A stretch of DNA of 64,000 nucleotides, from NCBI GenBank assembly GCA_965218795.1, contig OZ244653.1, positions 480,001 to 544,000 on the forward strand, written 5' to 3'. Shown piece after piece: positions 57,869 to 64,000 of the stretch. This DNA is from a bacterium. Its GTDB lineage: Bacteria; UBA8248; JACPRG01; G963555815. The first letter of the stretch is position 1. Each line of letters opens with the position of its first letter. The notes beneath the pieces are model-generated. The model had not been told where the DNA came from, ran no database searches, and saw nothing but the letters and a program-made list of their open reading frames with translations. Made by a program: the position numbers and the translations under genes.

Positions 57869-58644
57869 TGCGCAGCCTCCATGGAACGGGTCCGGAAGGC
57901 GTCATGCACGGTCACCGCGAGCCGTCCGCCCGATGGGCCGGTCCCCGGCCCCGCCAGCCAGATCGCGGCCGCACCCGGCCCGAGACGGCCGGCCAGGGCC
58001 TCGGCTCCCAAATCGGAGCCTGCCTCCAGCACGCGCGCAATGAACCGGGGCCCCCGCCAGATCTCGATGATGGAAAGGTTTTCCTTGTCGTGTGTTCCCG
58101 AAGGCGTCTCGACCGCGTAGCCCGGAAGGGTCTCGCGCCGCGCCACCGCCCGGACCAGCGCCACCAGCGCGCCCACGCGTTCATCTCCCGGCCCTTGGAC
58201 GTCCGTTTTGGTCAGTGCGGCCGCGTTGCGGATCAGGATTTGCGCCGAGCCGCGCGAGGCCACCGTCAACGCCAGCCGGTAGGTGAAGCCCGCGGCCGTC
58301 CCGATGAAGAGCGTCACCGGCTCCCGGGGGGCTCTGGTGACGCTTGCGGGCCGCAGGTAGATGTCGCCGCGCGCCGCGTCGTGCTCGACATGGAAACCGT
58401 CCGGTCCGCGGATCACCCGTGCGATCCGGTCGCCCACCAGTGCGATGCGGCTCACCGCCCGGTCCGAGACCTCCGCTTTCAGCTCCGCGTGGTCCACGGC
58501 ATCCAGGATCTGCATCGCCGACGCCGGCATGCAGTGAAGAAGCGTTCCCAAAAGCAGCGCCGGGATGGACACATGGGTAAAGGTCGCCCCGGCCCCGGCT
58601 CGGCCTCGGCCTTTTGCACCCCTGGTTCTCTTCCCTTGCCTCAT
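57865..58644 (-). CDS. traK: TraK secretin-like protein
   Basis: VS....SRIAL.GDRI; GDIYL; TLFIGT..G.TY.L.L; position between traE and traB. Confidence 0.85.
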   Translation of the reverse strand: MRQGKRTRGAKGRGRAGAGATFTHVSIPALLLGTLLHCMPASAMQILDAVDHAELKAEVSDRAVSRIALVGDRIARVIRGPDGFHVEHDAARGDIYLRPASVTRAPREPVTLFIGTAAGFTYRLALTVASRGSAQILIRNAAALTKTDVQGPGDERVGALVALVRAVARRETLPGYAVETPSGTHDKENLSIIEIWRGPRFIARVLEAGSDLGAEALAGRLGPGAAAIWLAGPGTGPSGGRLAVTVHDAFRTRSMEAAQ

Positions 58645-58646
58645 TC

Positions 58647-59198
58647 TCAGTCCTCCAGTTCTTCGAAACGCACCAGGCCGATCCGGCCGGCATCCACGCG
58701 GAAGGCCAGCCGGTACCGCTTGCGCTCGCGGGAGACCGGCTCGCGCCCGAGCCACGTGGCGAGCTCTCCGGTCACCAGGACCGTCAACCCCTTGGGGTCC
58801 GCCTCGACGCGGTCGGGATAGAAGGCGGTCGCCAGGTCCCGCCGCGCCATGCGCCCGGCCTCGGCCGCGACCCAGGCCCCGATCGCGCCCCGGGCCGAGG
58901 CGTGACTCAGCCGCGTTGCCGCCTCCCGCACGTGCTCCGCGTTCTCCGGCGTCAGCGTCAGCAGCGTCACCGCCACGGTCCGCCCAATGTCCTCCAGGTA
59001 TCGAAGCCCGGCCCGGCTGCTCCCGACCTCCCAGGCGGGCCCCGTGACCGCCGGGATCAGCACGGCCATGCGATCCACCGAGGCCAGACCGACGCTCAGG
59101 CCCAGATTGGCCAGGAGCGAGAGGCCCAGGAGCCCGGCCAGGGCCGCACGCCCGTCGCGCACCCGCCGCCGCTCCGCTTCCATGACGTCCCGTCTCAT
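58647..59198 (-). CDS. traE: TraE
   Basis: TM; VLIP; YLE; LLTLTPEN; FYP; G.L.TW.G. Confidence 0.88.
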   Translation of the reverse strand: MRRDVMEAERRRVRDGRAALAGLLGLSLLANLGLSVGLASVDRMAVLIPAVTGPAWEVGSSRAGLRYLEDIGRTVAVTLLTLTPENAEHVREAATRLSHASARGAIGAWVAAEAGRMARRDLATAFYPDRVEADPKGLTVLVTGELATWLGREPVSRERKRYRLAFRVDAGRIGLVRFEELED

Positions 59199-59208
59199 CG
59201 CGGTCTCC

Positions 59209-59502
59209 TCATCCGATGAAGCGGCGCACGTGGCTCGGAGGCGCGCCCTTGAGGCCCAGGGTGAAGGCGGGGAGGAACCAGTAGAGCGCGCAGATCGCCA
59301 CATCCGCCCCGCCGCCCCGCTTGGCCCGGCGCAGCAAGGCCCAGGCCCCGAGCCCGGCCACCAGCCCGGTCACGAAGGCGTTGGCGGCCAGCCCCAGGAC
59401 CGCAGGCCCCAGAAGCGCCGCCGCCTCGTCCAGGGTCCAGAACAGCCAGCGCTCGGGATCGTCCAGACGCGAGGGGATCGCGTGCCGGGCCGGGTCGCTC
59501 AT
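59209..59502 (-). CDS. traL: TraL
   Basis: IPSRLDDPER.LFWTLDE; YWFLP; PPSHVR.FIG. Confidence 0.92.
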   Translation of the reverse strand: MSDPARHAIPSRLDDPERWLFWTLDEAAALLGPAVLGLAANAFVTGLVAGLGAWALLRRAKRGGGADVAICALYWFLPAFTLGLKGAPPSHVRRFIG

Positions 59503-59514
59503 CGTCCGCCCCCC

Positions 59515-59811
59515 TCATACGATCGCCGTGCCGACAAGGCCGGTGACGATGCCCGTGCCGGCCCCGGCTGCGATGCCCACGCCGACCGCGCCCATCAGCT
59601 GCGTGGCGTTGAAGCGCAGGACCGAGCCGACCAGCGCGGCGCCCACCGCCAGCGCGGCCGCGAGCTGCCCGCCCGTGCCCGAGACGATGTCGGTCACCGT
59701 GCCGAGCGGACTCGAGAAGGTCGTGTCCGTCGAGGCCCAGGCCGCCTCCAGGCTCCCCAGCGTCAACACGAGCGCCGGGACCATCCGTTTTGTCAGAACA
59801 AGCGTTCTCAT
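59515..59811 (-). CDS. traA: Conjugative pilin precursor
   Basis: Leader ending AWA, two hydrophobic helices, first gene before traL; GGAGG RBS. Confidence 0.78.
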   Translation of the reverse strand: MRTLVLTKRMVPALVLTLGSLEAAWASTDTTFSSPLGTVTDIVSGTGGQLAAALAVGAALVGSVLRFNATQLMGAVGVGIAAGAGTGIVTGLVGTAIV

Positions 59812-60578
59812 CGCGCCTCCCTCCTTCGTCCGGCCTCGCCGTCGTCCGAGGTCGAGACCCGCCGCCGCGCCGAGGCCCAGGTCTCCAGGTCGGCGAGCAG
59901 GTAGCGCACCCGGGACCCGAACCGGTGGAACACCGGTCCCTCGCCGCTCACCCGGTAGCGGTCCAGCGTGCGCGGCGACAGGCCCAGCCATGCGGCCGCC
60001 TCCCGCGTGCTCAGGTAATGCCTGCCGTTGTTGTCGTTCATGCGCGTGTCTCCTTTTCGTTCGAGGTCGGCCCCGGACCCGGCAGGCGGGACCGGAGCGG
60101 TGGATGGACCGGGCGGGATCGCCCCGGCGGATGGGTTCGCTGCGTCCGTCACCCCGGCCCGGATGGCCCGGGCCTCTTCCGCGCTCGCATGGGCCGCCAT
60201 CCAGGCGTGCACCCGATCGACCGTGGTCAGCCGCGGCGAGACCCCCCGGCGCAGCCTCCCCATGAAGGACGGATTGCCGACAGCCTCCAGGCCCAATTCC
60301 GAGCTCTTGGTCCCGGTCACGGCCAGGAACGTTTCGACCTCGCGCCGGAACACGGGACCCAGGGGCGGATGCCCCATGAAGGCCAGGACCCGGTCCGCCG
60401 TGGCCAGCCGCACCGAACGCCCCCGCATCTGGGAGCCCACGAAACCCGGATCTCCCAATGCCTCCATTCCGAAGCGCCGGGCGCTCATGTGGTGGCGTAC
60501 GCGCCAGGCCGCGACGGTCCGGCGCAGGCGCTCGTCCAAAGGCATGTCAAAGGGGGTGCCGGGCGTTGTCATGTGCAT
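59808..60578 (-). CDS. Tandem Cro-like HTH domains fused to an AlpA/excisionase HTH
   Basis: Two repeats (FG..A.GDP.FV...RGRS.RL.T.DRV..FM / LG..A.GNP.F...LRRG.SPRL.T.DRV..WM), then YLSTREAAAWLGLSPRTLDRYR..G.GP.F; start uncertain. Confidence 0.8.
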   Translation of the reverse strand: MHMTTPGTPFDMPLDERLRRTVAAWRVRHHMSARRFGMEALGDPGFVGSQMRGRSVRLATADRVLAFMGHPPLGPVFRREVETFLAVTGTKSSELGLEAVGNPSFMGRLRRGVSPRLTTVDRVHAWMAAHASAEEARAIRAGVTDAANPSAGAIPPGPSTAPVPPAGSGADLERKGDTRMNDNNGRHYLSTREAAAWLGLSPRTLDRYRVSGEGPVFHRFGSRVRYLLADLETWASARRRVSTSDDGEAGRRREAR

Positions 60579-60600
60579 GAAAATAAGGGGAACATCCGCG

Positions 60601-60670
60601 CTTGACAATAGGTATCAGTAGTGTATAACCTACATTTAGAACCTATGCTGCCCATGTCTGCGGTAGGCTG
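60601..60670. promoter_or_regulatory. Divergent promoter/operator region between repressor and cro-like gene
   Basis: TTGACA(60602)-16 bp-TATAAC on the plus strand; repeated ATAGGT/ACCTAC/ACCTAT/GTAGG half-sites. Confidence 0.65.
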
Positions 60671-60720
60671 CGCAGCAATGCGGTAAAAAAACCGGGGAGA
60701 CAGCAGGTGGAAGGGAAAGG

Positions 60721-61464
60721 ATGAGTTCAGAGAGAAAGACGGATCCGAGAGAGGCGGTCAGGCGGGACCCGGTCCGGCTCAGGCTGAGAGAACTGCTCCG
60801 GCGGAACGACCTCACTCTCGCCGCCGCGTCGCTGGCCATCGGTCGTAACAAGACCTATCTGCAGCAGTACGTGGACCGCGGGGTGCCCGCGGTCCTCGGC
60901 TATCGCGACAGCGAGGCCCTGGCCGACCTGCTCGGCTGCGGTCCCGGGCAGCTGCGACACGAGACCGTGCCCAAACGCAGGCCCATGAAGCGCAGACGGC
61001 CCCGGCCGCCGGCCGGGCTTCCCGGCGCCCCGGTGGCGGCCATCCCGGAGATCGCGGTGGAGGCCGGGGCCGGGGCGGGAGCGCTTGCCGAGGAGTTCGT
61101 CTCCGAGACGGCGCGCTGGCACTGGCCGGAGAACATGCTCCGCTACGAGGGCGGCACGGCGCCCGAGAACGTGCGCATCCTCAGGGTGCGGGGCAACTCG
61201 ATGCAGCCGGAGATGCGCGAGGGCGACCGGATCGTGGTGGACGTCTCGCGCCGTTTGCCGTCAACGGGGGAGACGTTCGTGCTGTGGGACGGCAACGGGC
61301 TGGTGGTCAAGCAGGTCGAGGCGGTGCAAAGCCATGGGGCGGGCGAGGACAAACCGCCCCGGCTCAGGCTGATCTCCGCCAACCCGGACTACGCCCCCTA
61401 CTCATGCCTCGCCCAGGACGTCCACGTCCTCGGCAAGGTGTTGTGGGTGGTAAGAAGGGTGTGA
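60721..61464 (+). CDS. CI/LexA-like repressor with S24 autopeptidase domain
   Basis: N-terminal HTH; AGAG cleavage-site-like motif; VRGNSMQP (Ser); VVKQV (Lys); LISANPDY. Confidence 0.9.
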   Translation: MSSERKTDPREAVRRDPVRLRLRELLRRNDLTLAAASLAIGRNKTYLQQYVDRGVPAVLGYRDSEALADLLGCGPGQLRHETVPKRRPMKRRRPRPPAGLPGAPVAAIPEIAVEAGAGAGALAEEFVSETARWHWPENMLRYEGGTAPENVRILRVRGNSMQPEMREGDRIVVDVSRRLPSTGETFVLWDGNGLVVKQVEAVQSHGAGEDKPPRLRLISANPDYAPYSCLAQDVHVLGKVLWVVRRV

Positions 61465-61653
61465 GCGCATGGGTCCGGGAATCAAGGGAGGCGTGGACCG
61501 GGACGGTCGAACCCTTGCACATGCTTCCGGGTGGTCATACGGATCGAACCCGTCACCGCCTTGACCCGCATACAGGGAACCGGTCCATGATGGAAGCGCA
61601 CTGGCGTTCCGATCCACGATCGCCTATATTTCTTCCAGAATGGAGGAAGCATA

Positions 61654-62277
61654 ATGGCGACGAGCATTGTGTCCCAGACCCTGTCGGCGAACGAGGCGGC
61701 CTGTGTGACCGGCGTTCCCCTGAAACAGGTCCACCGCATCATCGACGCTGGCCTGTTGGGCAGCGCCGCCACAAACCACAAGGGCTCCCGTGTCGTCCTT
61801 CGCGACGGCTTGGTGGGCCTGAAGCTCGCCCACGAGACGACGGACACCCTCACCCTCGATGGACGCCGCCGGCTCGTGCGCTATCTCCTCGACAATCCGG
61901 AGGCCCGGGCGGCCCGTGAGAGCCACGTTTCCGTGGACGTACGGCTCATGAAGGGCGAAGTCCGGCGAGGGCTTTCCACGCTGGCAAGGGCGCGGAAGAT
62001 GATCGCGGCCGACAAGGCCGTACTCTCCGGCGCCGCGTGCATTAAGGGAACCCGCATACCCGCTCACGATATCGCCGAAATGCTCGCCAACGGCGACGGC
62101 GTTCACGCAATCCGCGACGCCTACCCGGCGCTCACTGGTGCACAGATCGAAGCCGCGGTCCTCTATGCCCGGGCCTACCCGCGCCGTGGCCGTCCCCGTG
62201 GCGAGCCCTTCTGGCGCAACCGAAAGCCGGTCATCTCGAGCGAGGTCGCCTTCCACGAGCTGCCTCCGACCCGGTGA
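61654..62277 (+). CDS. DUF433 antitoxin (VapB45-like)
   Basis: G.ACIKGTRIP...I...L..G....I..AYP.LT..QI.AAV.Y. Confidence 0.85.
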   Translation: MATSIVSQTLSANEAACVTGVPLKQVHRIIDAGLLGSAATNHKGSRVVLRDGLVGLKLAHETTDTLTLDGRRRLVRYLLDNPEARAARESHVSVDVRLMKGEVRRGLSTLARARKMIAADKAVLSGAACIKGTRIPAHDIAEMLANGDGVHAIRDAYPALTGAQIEAAVLYARAYPRRGRPRGEPFWRNRKPVISSEVAFHELPPTR

Positions 62278-62663
62278 AGTTTCTGATCGACGAATGTCTG
62301 AGCCCCACGCTCGCGACCATCGCCCGAAAACAAGGGTTCCCGCAATCGACGCACGTGAGCTGGCTCGGGTTGAGGTCCAGGAAGGACTGGCTCCTCGTCC
62401 GGCGCGCGATCCGGGACGGGTATGTGCTCGTGACGAACGACACGGCGGATTTTACGTCGCTGATGGAGCGGGAGCACCGCCATCCCGGTCTGGTCTGCAT
62501 GAACGTGGCGCATGGCCTCATGAGCCTCGACGTGCAAACGAGCTTGTTCGAGCATGCCTTGGTTCAATTGGCGGATATCGGCCTTGCCGGCCAGGTTCTT
62601 GAGATCACGCTGACTGCCGACCGGGTTGTCCGGGTGGACAGATATGTGTCGAGAGCCGGATGA
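62274..62663 (+). CDS. DUF5615/VapC45-like PIN toxin
   Basis: KFLIDECLS; HV...GL....D; VLVTNDTADF; HPGL; GTGA overlap with the antitoxin. Confidence 0.85.
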   Translation: MKFLIDECLSPTLATIARKQGFPQSTHVSWLGLRSRKDWLLVRRAIRDGYVLVTNDTADFTSLMEREHRHPGLVCMNVAHGLMSLDVQTSLFEHALVQLADIGLAGQVLEITLTADRVVRVDRYVSRAG

Positions 62664-62734
62664 CCGTCCTGCGCGCGCTTCCCTGACAACGCCGTGCGGG
62701 ACAGGGCGGCGGTTGCTCATGTTGCTCCACGATC

Positions 62735-62795
62735 ACCTGCCGAAGAAGGGCGCCGGGATCGTGCGTCATGGCCGCTACGCCTTCTTCCAGATGGA
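62735..62795 (+). mobile_element. Tiny IS1380-like transposase remnant
   Basis: KKGAGIVRHGRYAFFQM resembles the IS1380 C-terminal KIGA.VVRHGRY..FQM motif. Confidence 0.45.
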
Positions 62796-62829
62796 CGGGG
62801 CGCTACCCGGCATGGAGGAGGCCTGGTTC

Positions 62830-63236
62830 AAACCGGGCTGTCCGCCCGGGTCCGCTCGGACAACGACCGGGTGCTGATCGGCTATTCATCTCTGTTCGAC
62901 GATAGCGGTCTTGTACGTACGGAAGTGATGGTGGAGTTCGCCGCGCTTGCGACCGGCGAGCCCCATGAAGTCCGACCGGTGACATGCGATGCGGCGCGGT
63001 TCCTGCCGGATCTCGCGTTTCCGACGGCCCACCCGACGGTCATGCTCGCCCAGCGCACCTTCTGGGAGAAAGCCACGGCCGCGCATGTTTTCTGCCGCCA
63101 GCAGCGGCCCCGGGGTGAACGCCTTTCTCGGCATTGGCACGACTTGGCGCGCCTGGACGATGCAGGCTTCGCGGTAACGGCGTTGGCCGACCGCGCTCTG
63201 GCGCGCGTTGTTGCTCGCCACAAGGCGGAGTTCTAA
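62830..63236 (+). pseudogene. Internal fragment of AbiEii nucleotidyltransferase
   Basis: V.VEF....TGEP; RTFWEKATAAH; RLSRHWHDL; VARHK..F. Confidence 0.75.
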
Positions 63237-63385
63237 CAAATCCGCTTTCATTTTGATTGCGAACTACACAACGTGAGTTCCGGGCAAAAGCAAGATAATT
63301 TGCATAATCCAATAATATCAATACGATATTAGGTTTTCACAGTCGATGAAAACAGATCGATACACCTACCCGAACAAAAGTTTCC

Positions 63386-64000
63386 TCATCGCGTCTCCCT
63401 CCCTCCGGTTCCTCCGTCGTCCGACGTCGAAACCCGCCGACGCGCCGAAGCCCAAGCCTCGAGGGCGGCGAGCAGGTAGTGCACCCGGGAGCCGAACCGG
63501 TGGAACACCGGCCCCTCACCGCTCACGCGGTAGCGGTCCAGCGTCCTCGGCGAGAGGCCCAGCCATGCCGCCGCCTCTGGTGTGCTGAGGTAATTGCTGC
63601 CGTCCTCGTTCATGCGCATATCTCCTTCTCGTCCGAGGTCGGCCCCGGACCCGGCAGGCGGGACCGGAGCGGCGTGTGAGCCGCTCGTCATCGTCCCGGC
63701 GAAAGGGTTCATGAGTTCCTCCACCCCGGCGCGGATGGCCCGGGCCTCTTCCGCGCTGGCCTGGGCCGCCATCCAGGCGCGCACCCGATCGACCGTGGTC
63801 AGCCGCGGCGAGACTCCCCGGCGCAGCCTTCCCACGAAGGACGGATTGCCGGCAGCCTCCAGGCCCAATACCGAGAGCTTGGTCCCGGTCACGGCCAGGA
63901 ACGCCTCGACCTCGCGCCGAAACACAGGGCCCAGGGGCGGATGCCCCATGAAGACCAGGACCCGGTCCGCCGTCGCCAGCCGCACCAAGCGCCCCCTCGT
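63386..64000 (-). CDS. Second copy of the tandem-Cro/AlpA regulator (5' end outside window)
   Basis: Near-identical protein and DNA to 59808-60420. Confidence 0.85.
   Translation of the reverse strand, partial: TRGRLVRLATADRVLVFMGHPPLGPVFRREVEAFLAVTGTKLSVLGLEAAGNPSFVGRLRRGVSPRLTTVDRVRAWMAAQASAEEARAIRAGVEELMNPFAGTMTSGSHAAPVPPAGSGADLGREGDMRMNEDGSNYLSTPEAAAWLGLSPRTLDRYRVSGEGPVFHRFGSRVHYLLAALEAWASARRRVSTSDDGGTGGRETR

Larger units (their letters stand above)
22537..61464. mobile_element. F-type (MPF-F, MOB-F) integrative conjugative element core; exact boundaries not resolved
   Basis: Complete tra set, relaxase, coupling protein, ssb/Toprim leading-region genes and a repressor; integrase fragments and a tRNA att remnant lie to the left. 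Confidence 0.8.

Overview
GC-rich (alphaproteobacterial-type, by gene content) mobile-element region. Right half (37.7-61.5 kb): an apparently intact F-type conjugation module on the minus strand (traA-L-E-K-B-V-C, an HD-like gene, trbI-trhF-traW-traU-trbC-traN-traF-traH-traG, a convergent eex-like gene, traD, MobF traI). It is headed by a phage-like divergent switch: an S24/CI repressor opposite a tandem-Cro/AlpA fusion gene. Centre (22.5-32.7 kb): probable leading region (Zn-finger repeat protein, IS3-split ssb, Toprim protein, DUF2493) pointing at a candidate oriT, then an RHH gene and recD2. Two defence-like cassettes remain intact among decayed neighbours: (i) a translationally coupled abiEi-like / nucleotidyltransferase / Mrr-like nuclease / STAND-NTPase-nuclease operon facing a trypsin protease (6.6-14.9 kb); (ii) a Dam-like methylase / ParB-like / nuclease-like trio inside the remains of a type I R-M and darG locus (33.4-36.4 kb). 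The left end holds an IS1182-disrupted integrase, a tRNA-Met 3' att remnant and a patchwork of deleted gene fragments, including a second traI. All calls are from motif recognition by eye; no database searches were run.
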